This document shows positions 48,058-57,515 of a stretch of DNA of 64,000 nt, piece after piece. This stretch comes from Minisyncoccota bacterium (lineage in GTDB: Bacteria; Patescibacteriota; Minisyncoccia; JBAYJV01), in assembly GCA_041664925.1 (NCBI GenBank), contig JBAYJV010000001.1, positions 125,845 through 189,844 of the forward strand, written 5' to 3'. The first letter of the stretch is position 1; each line of letters begins with the position of its first letter. The notes beneath the pieces were generated by a model, which was given only the letters and a program-made list of their open reading frames with translations, did not search any database and was not told the DNA's origin. Made by a program: the position numbers and the translations under genes.

Positions 48058-49017
48058 ATGGCAACAAAGAAAAAAATCTTAGTAACAGGCGCTGGTGGTT
48101 TTATCGGCCATCACTTGGTCCGTTTTCTCAAGAAAAAAGGTTATTGGGTAAGAGGCGCTGATATAAAATACCCTGAATATTCTCCCAAAAATGAAGCGGA
48201 TGAATTTTTAAAAATTGACCTGCGAGATACCAAAAACTGTCTCAAGGCAACTCAAGGAATGGACGAAGTCTATAATTTAGCAGCCAATATGGGCGGCATT
48301 GGCTTTATTACTTTTCACACTTCTGATGTTTTATATGACAATGTGATGATTAACGCCAATATGGCGGAAGCTTGCAAGCAGAACAAAGTCAAAAGGATTT
48401 TCTATTCTTCCTCTGCTTGTGTTTATCCTATTGGGAAACAGAAGAATCCTAAAGTTATTGCTTTAAAAGAAAAAGATGCTTATCCGGGAGATCCTGACAA
48501 TGAATATGGCTGGGAAAAATTATTCTCCGAGCGCCTTTATGCTTCTTATAAAGAATTTTACAAAGTAAGAATTGCCAGATTTCACAATATTTTTGGCGAA
48601 GAAGGAACTTACGATGGCGGAAGAGAAAAGGCGCCGGCCGCTCTTTGTCGAAAAATTGCTTTGGCAAAAACCAAAGACACAATTGAGATTTGGGGAGATG
48701 GAAAACAGACAAGATCGTTTTGCTATATAAGCGATTGCGTTCAAGCTATATACGGTTTGATGAAATCTGATTTTGATCAGCCATTAAATATAGGGTCAAG
48801 CAGATTGGTGTCTATGGATGAACTTGCTGATATTATCGCCAAGATTGCCAAAAAAACAATCACTAAAAAACATCTTCTTAATAAACCGCAAGGCGTTAGA
48901 GGAAGAAATTCTGACAATACTCTTTTTAAAAAACTTTTTGGTTGGGCGCCACCAAAGATTAGTTTAGAAGAAGGGCTTAGAAGAAATTACGAATGGATTG
49001 AAAAACAAGTAAAATAA
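48058..49017 (+). CDS. NAD-dependent epimerase/dehydratase, nucleotide-sugar modifying
   Basis: ILVTGAGGFIGHHLV motif. The start was moved to the ATG after the gmhA stop. Confidence 0.7.
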   Translation: MATKKKILVTGAGGFIGHHLVRFLKKKGYWVRGADIKYPEYSPKNEADEFLKIDLRDTKNCLKATQGMDEVYNLAANMGGIGFITFHTSDVLYDNVMINANMAEACKQNKVKRIFYSSSACVYPIGKQKNPKVIALKEKDAYPGDPDNEYGWEKLFSERLYASYKEFYKVRIARFHNIFGEEGTYDGGREKAPAALCRKIALAKTKDTIEIWGDGKQTRSFCYISDCVQAIYGLMKSDFDQPLNIGSSRLVSMDELADIIAKIAKKTITKKHLLNKPQGVRGRNSDNTLFKKLFGWAPPKISLEEGLRRNYEWIEKQVK

Positions 49018-49029
49018 TAAATACACACA

Positions 49030-49057
49030 AAAGACCCCGCCTTGAGCGGGGTCTTTT
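49030..49057. terminator. bidirectional intrinsic terminator
   Basis: AAAGACCCCGC, loop CTTGA, GCGGGGTCTTTT. It lies between convergent genes. Confidence 0.75.
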
Positions 49058-49076
49058 ATTTTACTTGATTTGTTGT

Positions 49077-50420
49077 TTATGAAGTCAGGTCTGTTCCGGT
49101 AGTATAGGCATCTCTATCAACTTGATTAATGATATAAATTGCATCCCAGTCATACTTTGAAGAGAAAACGCTTGCTGACATATTCATCCAGCGCTTAGCG
49201 CCGGTATCGCCATCCGGATAAAGCCTATAAACCTTAGGATCGTTAACTTTTTTGGCAACATCATTGCATCTTACCAAATCAGAAATGGTATAAGTGAGCA
49301 TTTCTGCATTGGTAATAATTTTTAAATTACTCCATTTGAGATGCTGATAGCTATCAAAGACATGAGGACTCAAAACCAACCTTCGATATTTCTTACTATT
49401 GATTAATTTCACAATATAAACATCGAATTTTTCCATACCGGGAGCATTCGATGCTCTGACAATATCGCCGTCAACAAGATGACTGTCAGGTGTGGTAGTG
49501 TCGGGAGTACTCGATCCGGTAGCACCACCAATGATTGAGAAATATGTGAAGTGAGTCGTTGTTGCAGTAATGGTATTGGTAACCTTATCAATCGTACATG
49601 AAAGTGCTATCCATTTTGAAGTAGCTGTGTCCCAGTAATATATTTTTAAGCTATTTTCATCAAGCCCTTGAATTTGGGCATCTGTATAGGTCATCGTGAT
49701 TGTTACTGCCTTGGTAAATGTCGTTAAGTTTGTTGAGCCAACTGTTGCAGTGTAATTATATAAATTACCAACAATTGTTTGTCCCGTGCCTATGCCAGCA
49801 ACCATACCTGACACAGCGCTTGATGTTTGAGCAACGGATTCAATGGCAACGGCCGTAGATGCCGTGAGAGTGTCTTTTTCTATCTTTACAGTCGCTTTAG
49901 TGCCATTGCTACCAGTCAAAGAAGTCTCTCCGCCTAATGAAGCTGTGGCAATCACCGAACCATTGGTCGTTGAAGGCATCGCTTGGGCAGGAACTCCGCC
50001 ACCACCACCACCGCTACTACTGCTAGTGCTAATTGTGTAAGCAGCAGAAGCAGTTGAAGATTGTCTATTATTAGAGTAACAAGATATCGCTGTAATTGTT
50101 TGACTAGAAGAAACTGAAATAGCTGAAGCGTAAAGAGTACCTGTGGTACAGGTAGTCCCCAAGGCGCTACAGACTGGTGTAGTGCCGTTAGCAGTATAGC
50201 AAATACCTGTTGTTCCTGCTGCAGTTAGAGTAACGCTTTGAGTTGATGTATAAGTACCAGCTGCAGGAGAAATCGTAGGAGCTGCTATTAATGTTCCGCT
50301 TATACCAGTTTCAAGTGTAGGTGATAAAGTACCTGATGCTTCAGACGCACTAACAACATCAATAACCAAAAAAGACGTCAAAAGCATCAAGCCAAAAACA
50401 TATAAAACTTTTTTTACCAT
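49077..50420 (-). CDS. secreted Thr/Ser-rich surface protein with C-terminal anchor-like module
   Basis: 447 aa with a signal peptide and poly-Gly/Ser/Thr low-complexity stretches. The C-terminal ~125 aa (HLVDGDIVRASN...VYIVKL...RCNDVAKKVNDPKVYRLY...KRWM) are homologous to the modules in 19842..21596 and 59256..62507. Confidence 0.55.
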   Translation of the reverse strand: MVKKVLYVFGLMLLTSFLVIDVVSASEASGTLSPTLETGISGTLIAAPTISPAAGTYTSTQSVTLTAAGTTGICYTANGTTPVCSALGTTCTTGTLYASAISVSSSQTITAISCYSNNRQSSTASAAYTISTSSSSGGGGGGVPAQAMPSTTNGSVIATASLGGETSLTGSNGTKATVKIEKDTLTASTAVAIESVAQTSSAVSGMVAGIGTGQTIVGNLYNYTATVGSTNLTTFTKAVTITMTYTDAQIQGLDENSLKIYYWDTATSKWIALSCTIDKVTNTITATTTHFTYFSIIGGATGSSTPDTTTPDSHLVDGDIVRASNAPGMEKFDVYIVKLINSKKYRRLVLSPHVFDSYQHLKWSNLKIITNAEMLTYTISDLVRCNDVAKKVNDPKVYRLYPDGDTGAKRWMNMSASVFSSKYDWDAIYIINQVDRDAYTTGTDLTS

Positions 50421-50496
50421 AATATTTATTTAAGCAAATTGATTATTTTGAGTGAGAGAGGGTAGGAAACCTACCCCCTCCCTGAAATCTTTTTGA

Positions 50497-53400
50497 TTAT
50501 GATGATTGAATGCCGTAACTGGTAGAATAAGATCCACTCGATGAACCCGTCGGCACTTTCGCTTCAACCGTCACCTGAATTTGTCTACCAATTGTTGAGG
50601 CATCGGTGTCGCCAGTTAATGTCATGCCACTACTAAGAGTGCTAGCTGCTGTAATACCAATCGCACTGCCAGTTGTGCTTGCATTTGATGATTGAGCCGA
50701 ATAGAAACGCATATTATCAGTCACGGCAATCGTATTGCTTCCGCTCGTCCAATTATCAAACTTCATTTTGAAGGTCGTTTCTGAGGTCGGTACCGTGATA
50801 TTGAATGTCCATGACCAACCATCGGTTGTTGAAGCAACGCCATCTGGCCATCCACCAGCAACAGCGGCATAAGATTCCTTAGTGGTAATACTCGTTACAG
50901 CTAACGATCCATCGCCTTGAGCGACTGTCGTAAATTCTTGATCTGCCTTTGTTGTGTAGGCTGTCATAGCGTTTCCTGCGGCATCTTTGGCGCCGGAAAC
51001 CCAGATATAATACTGCGTGCTGTTATCCAAGCTCGCAACAGGATCAATCGTAGCAATATAAGTACCGGAGACATAAGTGACTACTGAATTAACTACTGCA
51101 TCCGTAGATGAGGCTCTCAATTGAACCGTGTTTGTATTGATGGTATCGGAATCCATTGCTTCAGAGAAGGTAACGGTTGGTGAAACTGTAATAGCAGTAC
51201 CTGTTGCATTATCTAACGGTGTTTGTGATAACACGCTTGGAGCGCTATCTGCTATGGTCGTAAATTCTTGATCTGCCTTTGTTGTGTAGGCTGTCATAGC
51301 GTTTCCTGCAGCATCTTTAGCGCCTGAAACCCAGATATAATACTGAGTACTATTGCTCAAGCTAGCAACTGGATCAATGGTAGCAACATAAGTACTGACA
51401 TTGTAAGTAACCACTGAATTAATTATCGCATCCGTAGATGAGGCTCTTAATTGAACAGTGTTTGTATTTACGGTTGACGAATCCATCGCTTCAGAGAAGG
51501 TAACGGTCGGAGAGACTGTAATGGCGGTACCTGTTGCATTATCTAGCGGTGTTTGTGATGATACACTTGGAGCGCTAGATGAAACCGTAATGCCTGTCTG
51601 AGACCCTGTAATGGTCGGACTGGCATTATCTGTTCCCGTTACGCTGACTCCTCCTTCAGCAGTTGTGAATTTAATCATGTCGTTAAAGAGATAGCTTCCA
51701 TTGTCACCTGCTATGAAGGTGTGTCTGCCATTACTTTGCCAGATCGGTCCAGTTGATGACGCGTCCATCCAGACAGAACCAGTATAAGCAGTATCAATAT
51801 TACTGTTAGCATCAACAGAAGCTACTGTTACATCAACAGGAGTATTGGCTGCTGGAGTGGTTGTGCAACTAACCGACAATACAGAAACTATAAAGTTTAT
51901 AGCAAGAGTCGTATCGGCCGTTGAAGTTGTTAAGGTTGAACCAACACCTGTATCAGAAGCGGTTAAGCTTAATGTGTCTTCATCGGGAGTAGTTGCCGTC
52001 AAGTTGGCTGCTGGAATTTGGACTGTCGTTAATGCCTTAGTTCCAGCCACTAAAGTACTGGTACTAGAAGTAAGAGTTAGTGAATCGCCTGTTGAGTCAG
52101 CAATAGCGATAGAGATAGTACTGACATCATCAGGATCGGTGTTGCTGTGAACATCTTTTGCTGTGACTGTTACTGAGATATTATCAGCAAATCTGACATT
52201 TGGGGAAGCTGCCGCCGAAGAAACATCAGACACCACTAATTTTGTCGCAACCACATCCAATGGGGTTGTTGTTGTGACGGCTGACATGTTACCGGCAGTA
52301 CCTAAAGCCCCATCGTCGTCGAAAGACAGGGTGATTGATGCGTCGTCAGTAAAGGTGCCATCAACGCTCGCTTTAAGCCCTGAGAAAGTGGCAATACCCA
52401 AAGTCATCGTGCTAGTTGTATTACCAACTAATGAAGTATTAGCAGTTGTTGAGGTAGCGGTAATTGTTTCTGAGCTGATACCAGTATCGGTGTTGCTGTG
52501 AGCATCGTAGGCTTTAATGACTGGCTGAGTAGTCAAGTTAACCAAGTCAACTGCGCCGCTTGGACTAGTAGTGATTGCTAGTTGAGTAGCAACTACATCC
52601 AAGGAGGTAGTTGAAGTAACAGCTGCCATATTAACGCCACCAATATCTCCGTCATCATTGAAGGATAAATTCATCGAAGCGCCATCAGTAAATGTCCCAT
52701 CAACATTAGCTTTGAGTCCTGAGAAGGTAGCAATACCTGAAGCCATGACCGCTGTCGTTGTGCCCGATACTGAAACGTTTGACGTGTCTGTAGTAGCGGT
52801 AATTGTTTCTGTGCTAACACCAGTATCGGTATTATTGTGAGCATCGTAGGCCTTAATGACTGGCTGAGTAGTTAATGCTACGGTATCAACCGCTCCACTT
52901 GGAGCAGTAGTTATTGCTAATTTTGTTGCAACTACCCCCAAAGAGGTGGTCGCGGTAACAGGTGTCATATCAACACCGCCAATACCTCCGTCATCATTGA
53001 AGGAGAAAGTGATGGTAGAACCATCAGTAAATGTTCCATCCACACTCGCTTGAAGTCCAGAGAAAGTGGCAATACCTGAAGCCATAGTGCTAGTCGTATT
53101 GCCAACGGCTGAAATATCTGTAGTTGTAATTGAGGCTGTAATGACTTCTCCCGTAACACCGGCATCGGTGTTGTCGTGAGCATCGTAGGCCTTAATGACT
53201 GGTTGACCTGTTAAGTTTACTAAATCTTCCGCACCACTTGGAGCAGTAGTTATTGATAATTTTGTCGCAACTACACCCAAGGAGGTGGTCGCGGTAACAG
53301 GTGTCATATCAACACCGCCAATGCCTCCGTCATCATTGAAGGATAAAGTAATTTCAGATCCGTCGGTAAAAGTACCATCTATACTTGCTTGGAGTCCTTC

Positions 53401-56193
53401 AAAGGTAGCAATACCTGAAGCCATAGTACCAGTCGTATTACCGACTAATGAAACATTAGAAGTTGTTGAAGTAGCTGTAATGACTTCTCCGTTAACGCCG
53501 GCATCGGTATTATTGTGGGCATCATAGGCTTTAACAACTGGTTGAGTTGTCAAGTTGACCAAATCAACGGCACCACTCGGACTGGTAGTTAAAACTAATT
53601 GAGTCGCAACTACGCCCAGTGAAGTTGTTGCGGTTGTTGTTGCCATATCAACGCCACCAATAGCTCCGTCATCGTTAAAGGAGAGTGTAATCGTAGCGCC
53701 ATCAGTAAAGGTGCCATCAACATTAGCTATAAGTCCTGAAAAAGTGGCAATACCTGAAGTCATGGTTGCTGTTGTTGTGCCCGAGACTGAAACGTTAGAT
53801 GTATCCGTGGTGGCCGTAATAACTTCCGCAGTAGCACCTGTATCAAGTGTACCATTAGCATCTTGAGCTTGAATGGCTGGTTGGGTTGTCAAGGCTACCG
53901 CATCAACTGCACCAGCTGGCGGAGTAGTGACAACTAATTGAGTTGCCTTAACGTCTGCAGTCGTAGTAGCACTTACCGCTGGAGTAGCGCTAAGATTTAC
54001 TAATCCTGAGCCTGCCACATCATCAGTAAAGATAAGTTGAACATCTTCAGCATCAGCAAAAGCCGTATAGATCATACTAGTAAAGGTAGCAATACCGTTT
54101 GAGGCCGTAGTCGTTGAACCAGCGGTAATACTACCAGCAGCATTGTCTGTCGCTGTTAAAACATCAGAATCAATATGGGTATCAATTTTTCCCTGAGCAT
54201 TAGTATAGTGAACCACCGGTACAGTCATTGATACGCCACTAATAATATTTGAAGGTTCGGTATTGACCGTAAGACCGGTCGCCAGAACATCGGCGGTTGT
54301 AGTCGCAGCATTAACTGGGGAGCCACTAAAGTCCACAGCACCACCACCCGCTGCATTGTCGGTAAAGACGAAAGTGACATTTTCCTCATCAGCAGCTGCG
54401 AAATACAGCAATCCAGCAAAATCAACTTCACCAGCTGCAGCAGAAACAGTTGTTGTGCCTGTTAAACTACCAGCTGATCCCTCTGTAATTGCAACCGTGT
54501 CAGAAGTTGTAATTGCAGTATCCACTTTATTGTCCGCATCTACATATTTAATAACCGGTTGAACCATGGAAACACCGCTAATGATACTTGCCGGTTGAGT
54601 AGTAACAAGAAGTTTGGTGGCGACCACATCAGCAGTTGTAGAGGCAGAAGTTACGGGAGTGCTTATATTAACACCACCGATTGAATCATCGGTAAAGGTG
54701 AATTGAACTGCTTCTTGATCGGCATTAACCGTATATTTCATGCCCGTGAATGTGGCAACACCGCTTGAAACAGTAGTTGTTGAGACAGCAGTAATGCTGC
54801 CAGCGGCATTATCAGTCGCCGTTAGAATGTCAGCGGTAATATCAGTATCAGTTGCATTATTAAGGTCAACATAGCGGACTATGGGTACCGTCATTGAGAC
54901 ACCGCTAATAATAGTTGAAGGCTGAGTATTAATCGCAAGAGCGGTTGCCACGACATTAGCTGTTGTGGTGGCCGCATTGACTGGAGAACCATCGAAAGCT
55001 TTAGCACCACCAGCATTATCGGTAAAGGTAAAGGTTACACTCTCCTGATCAAGAGCCGCCGTATAAATCAATCCCGAGAAGGTAGCGACACCAGATGTAG
55101 CAGAAGTTGTTGTAGCGCCCGCCGTTAATGATCCTGCTGATCCTTCTGTAATAGTAACTGTATCGCCAGTTGTAATGGCAGTATCTACTGTACCGATAGC
55201 ATCTACATATTTAACAACCGGTTGAACCATGGAGACGCCACTAACAATAGTTGCTGGTTGAGTAGTGACAAGAATCCTGGTTGCTACAACATCTGAGGTT
55301 ACGCTATTTGAATGGACATGTAAGGTGTCGCCGGTAGCAGTGGTTATGAAAGATTCTCCGTCGACAACAGCCGTATATTTAATACCAGAAAAAGTAGCCA
55401 CACCACTAACTGAAGTGGTTGCCAGAGTTCCACTAAGATCACCTGCGCCATCTTCTGTTAGAGTAATTGTCTCTGCAAAATTAGTATCGGTATTACCATA
55501 AGTATCTCTCGCAGTAACTTCTGGTTGTGTCAAAGAAACGCCACTGACAGAGCTAGCCGGCTGAGTTGTAAAAACAAGTTGCGTAGCTGTGCCAGGGGTA
55601 AGAGTAACTGCCGCAACATTGGTTTGAGCTGTTTCATCGGTTGCATTTGTGTCAATCGTAAGAGTTCCTGTGGCTCCAGAGGTAGTTGCATTTTGAATAC
55701 CTACTAAAAATCTAAAAGTTGTCGTGCCCGCGCTTAAATCATAAGCATTTAACAGTGTCACGGTAACCGTTCTAGCTGAAGCACTACCGACAACATTATC
55801 AACCGCCCGGTTTACGCCATTAACACTGACCATACCAGTAACAACACTACCGCTTCCATTGTTATTATTAATAGCAGAGCCAACGCTTCCTAAGTCGCCA
55901 TCAGTAATAACATAACCAGTCGGAAAAGTGACTGTAATGGTATTAGCAGTATTAGTCGTATTGGTAAGAAAAGTTGTGTTGTAATCAGCGCCAGTAGCGC
56001 CAACTACTAAGTCAGCTGCTGCGTTTCCCGCAACAACTCCAGAAGAAACTGTTGCCCCGACTGGTAACGGATTTGCCAATAAAAAAATCCCCCCTACAAG
56101 GAGAAACATTATGGTAAATAGCGCCGAGGTCTTTCTTGTATTTTGAGTTCGCATAATTGTTTTTGATAGAAAATTAATTATTTTAGTAAACAT
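50497..56193 (-). CDS. giant surface protein (1898 aa) with N-terminal signal/anchor, more than 10 tandem Ig-like (~105-113 aa) repeats and two C-terminal Big_5/SbsA-type Ig domains
   Basis: Thr/Ser/Ala/Val-rich. Repeats include VVATKLVVTTQPASIISGVSMVQPVIKYVDA.... The two C-terminal copies PSVSSQTPLDNATGTAITVSPTVTFSEAMDS...YYIWVSGAKDAAGNAM have the Big_5 pattern. DNA-level tandem repeats are evident. Confidence 0.7.
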   Translation of the reverse strand: MFTKIINFLSKTIMRTQNTRKTSALFTIMFLLVGGIFLLANPLPVGATVSSGVVAGNAAADLVVGATGADYNTTFLTNTTNTANTITVTFPTGYVITDGDLGSVGSAINNNNGSGSVVTGMVSVNGVNRAVDNVVGSASARTVTVTLLNAYDLSAGTTTFRFLVGIQNATTSGATGTLTIDTNATDETAQTNVAAVTLTPGTATQLVFTTQPASSVSGVSLTQPEVTARDTYGNTDTNFAETITLTEDGAGDLSGTLATTSVSGVATFSGIKYTAVVDGESFITTATGDTLHVHSNSVTSDVVATRILVTTQPATIVSGVSMVQPVVKYVDAIGTVDTAITTGDTVTITEGSAGSLTAGATTTSATSGVATFSGLIYTAALDQESVTFTFTDNAGGAKAFDGSPVNAATTTANVVATALAINTQPSTIISGVSMTVPIVRYVDLNNATDTDITADILTATDNAAGSITAVSTTTVSSGVATFTGMKYTVNADQEAVQFTFTDDSIGGVNISTPVTSASTTADVVATKLLVTTQPASIISGVSMVQPVIKYVDADNKVDTAITTSDTVAITEGSAGSLTGTTTVSAAAGEVDFAGLLYFAAADEENVTFVFTDNAAGGGAVDFSGSPVNAATTTADVLATGLTVNTEPSNIISGVSMTVPVVHYTNAQGKIDTHIDSDVLTATDNAAGSITAGSTTTASNGIATFTSMIYTAFADAEDVQLIFTDDVAGSGLVNLSATPAVSATTTADVKATQLVVTTPPAGAVDAVALTTQPAIQAQDANGTLDTGATAEVITATTDTSNVSVSGTTTATMTSGIATFSGLIANVDGTFTDGATITLSFNDDGAIGGVDMATTTATTSLGVVATQLVLTTSPSGAVDLVNLTTQPVVKAYDAHNNTDAGVNGEVITATSTTSNVSLVGNTTGTMASGIATFEGLQASIDGTFTDGSEITLSFNDDGGIGGVDMTPVTATTSLGVVATKLSITTAPSGAEDLVNLTGQPVIKAYDAHDNTDAGVTGEVITASITTTDISAVGNTTSTMASGIATFSGLQASVDGTFTDGSTITFSFNDDGGIGGVDMTPVTATTSLGVVATKLAITTAPSGAVDTVALTTQPVIKAYDAHNNTDTGVSTETITATTDTSNVSVSGTTTAVMASGIATFSGLKANVDGTFTDGASMNLSFNDDGDIGGVNMAAVTSTTSLDVVATQLAITTSPSGAVDLVNLTTQPVIKAYDAHSNTDTGISSETITATSTTANTSLVGNTTSTMTLGIATFSGLKASVDGTFTDDASITLSFDDDGALGTAGNMSAVTTTTPLDVVATKLVVSDVSSAAASPNVRFADNISVTVTAKDVHSNTDPDDVSTISIAIADSTGDSLTLTSSTSTLVAGTKALTTVQIPAANLTATTPDEDTLSLTASDTGVGSTLTTSTADTTLAINFIVSVLSVSCTTTPAANTPVDVTVASVDANSNIDTAYTGSVWMDASSTGPIWQSNGRHTFIAGDNGSYLFNDMIKFTTAEGGVSVTGTDNASPTITGSQTGITVSSSAPSVSSQTPLDNATGTAITVSPTVTFSEAMDSSTVNTNTVQLRASSTDAIINSVVTYNVSTYVATIDPVASLSNSTQYYIWVSGAKDAAGNAMTAYTTKADQEFTTIADSAPSVLSQTPLDNATGTAITVSPTVTFSEAMDSDTINTNTVQLRASSTDAVVNSVVTYVSGTYIATIDPVASLDNSTQYYIWVSGAKDAAGNAMTAYTTKADQEFTTVAQGDGSLAVTSITTKESYAAVAGGWPDGVASTTDGWSWTFNITVPTSETTFKMKFDNWTSGSNTIAVTDNMRFYSAQSSNASTTGSAIGITAASTLSSGMTLTGDTDASTIGRQIQVTVEAKVPTGSSSGSYSTSYGIQSS
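50927..51590 (-). repeat. two ~330-bp near-identical tandem DNA repeats (Big_5 domain units) inside the giant gene
   Basis: GTCGTAAATTCTTGATCTGCCTTTGTTGTGTAGGCTGTCATAGCGTTTCCTGC recurs with a 330-bp period at about 90% identity. Confidence 0.7.
52300..53900 (-). repeat. array of ~340-bp tandem DNA repeats (Ig-like units) inside the giant gene
   Basis: GCATCGTAGGC(T/C)TTAATGACTGG recurs at about 52503, 52841, 53183 and 53521. Confidence 0.65.
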
Positions 56194-56446
56194 GATTTTA
56201 TTTTTTGCTGCTGGTCTTGTTTTCTGTTATTTTTTTAGGTCGACCCCAAAACAATAAAACAAGACTTATCGCAGACTTAAAAAGGATATTAACGTTTAAA
56301 TTAAAGTTAAACAAACCAAATGGAAATAGATTTCCATCGGGGAAAGCAGAGTCTATAAGCGTTAGCGAATATCTCTTCTTTTACCTCCATTATACCACAA
56401 AAGAAAATAGAGGGTTGTGGATAACTTTAAACAAAAAATCCCGTCT

Positions 56447-56482
56447 TTTAGACGAGATTTCTTGTTCTGTTTATTTATTATT
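56447..56482 (-). terminator. intrinsic terminator downstream of 56483..57433
   Basis: On the minus strand, ATCTCGTCT, loop AAA, AGACGGGAT then TTTTTTGTTT. Confidence 0.55.
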
Positions 56483-57433
56483 TTAATTATCCATAAACCA
56501 TTTGACTGTCTTTCTTATACCTTTTTTTAAGTCATGCTCTGGCTTCCATCCCAAAAGCTTCCCAGCTTTGCTCGCATCAAGAGCGCTACGATTAATGTCA
56601 CCTTGCTTTTTGGGACCATAGATTACTTCTGTTTTTTTTCCGGTCACATTAAAAATCGTTTTGTAAAGATTGTTTATGTCTACCTCGCTGCCCGTACCAA
56701 TATTTATAAGTCTTTGGTCAAGTTTCCATGAAGAAGTATTGTTTTTTAATGCCAAAAGGTTCGCCCTAACAACATCTTCTACATATATATAGTCTCTGGT
56801 AATTTTTCCTGAACCATTAATTGTAATTGGCTTCCCTTTCAATAATTTATCTATAAAAATTGCAATTACACCAGCTTCACCAGAACTATTTTGTCTTGGA
56901 CCATAAACATTCGCATATCTTAAGGAAATAAAATCAAGGCCGAAAAGCCGATGATAAAGAGAAAAATATTCTTCAGTAGTCTTTTTTGTAAGACCATAAG
57001 CGCTTTCAGAAATAATCGGATGATTCTCTGGAGTAGGAATATTTTTAGTTTCTCCATATAAAGCTCCGCCAGTTGAAGAAAAAATAATCTTCGGCGACTT
57101 ACCCCAAACTTTTCCGAAATAAAGAGAGTTCTGTAAGACATTTAAAAATCCCAAAATATTTGTTTTAGCATCAAAAAACGGATTTTTTACTGATCCCCTA
57201 GCGTCGATTTGGGCAGCTAAGTGAAAAATCACTTCTGGTTTTTCTTTTATGAAAACTTTACTCAGCTTCTTATCTATAATATCCATTTTATAGAATTTCG
57301 CTTTGGGACTAAGGTTCTTTTTTGTGCCAGAAGATAGATTGTCTATCACAACAACCTTGTGGCCTTTTTTTATTAAATTGTCAACGATGTGGCTGCCAAT
57401 GAAGCCAGCTCCACCGGTAACAAGAATTTTCAT
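56483..57433 (-). CDS. NAD-dependent epimerase/dehydratase (UDP-glucose 4-epimerase-like)
   Basis: MKILVTGGAGFIGSHIV with YGLTK as YxxxK. Confidence 0.75.
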   Translation of the reverse strand: MKILVTGGAGFIGSHIVDNLIKKGHKVVVIDNLSSGTKKNLSPKAKFYKMDIIDKKLSKVFIKEKPEVIFHLAAQIDARGSVKNPFFDAKTNILGFLNVLQNSLYFGKVWGKSPKIIFSSTGGALYGETKNIPTPENHPIISESAYGLTKKTTEEYFSLYHRLFGLDFISLRYANVYGPRQNSSGEAGVIAIFIDKLLKGKPITINGSGKITRDYIYVEDVVRANLLALKNNTSSWKLDQRLINIGTGSEVDINNLYKTIFNVTGKKTEVIYGPKKQGDINRSALDASKAGKLLGWKPEHDLKKGIRKTVKWFMDN

Positions 57434-57515
57434 AGAAATTCAGTGAAAAATCACTAACCTTAACATCCTATCACAAATATTCAAATTGTCAAGCAAAAAT
57501 GGGTAATATGTGCTT

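Noticed and set aside
50927-53900. Tandem DNA repeats inside the giant gene as a CRISPR array or minisatellite
   Set aside because: Repeat units are 330-340 bp, in frame, and encode Ig-like domains. There is no short repeat-spacer architecture and no cas genes.
51845-55707. Numerous 60-112-aa ORFs on the plus strand inside the giant 50497..56193 gene (for example 51845..52150, 52163..52501, 53285..53527, 54263..54562)
   Set aside because: They are antisense to a clearly coding 1898-aa ORF. They are repetitive because they mirror the sense-strand repeats. They have no RBS or promoter and are a compositional artefact of Thr/Ala/Val-rich codons.
56205-56486. 93-aa plus-strand ORF between the giant gene and the epimerase gene
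   Set aside because: It lies in the promoter or leader region of the giant minus-strand gene. It is low-complexity with no RBS. The region is better explained by an extended -10 promoter (TGgTATAAT on the minus strand) and a terminator hairpin.
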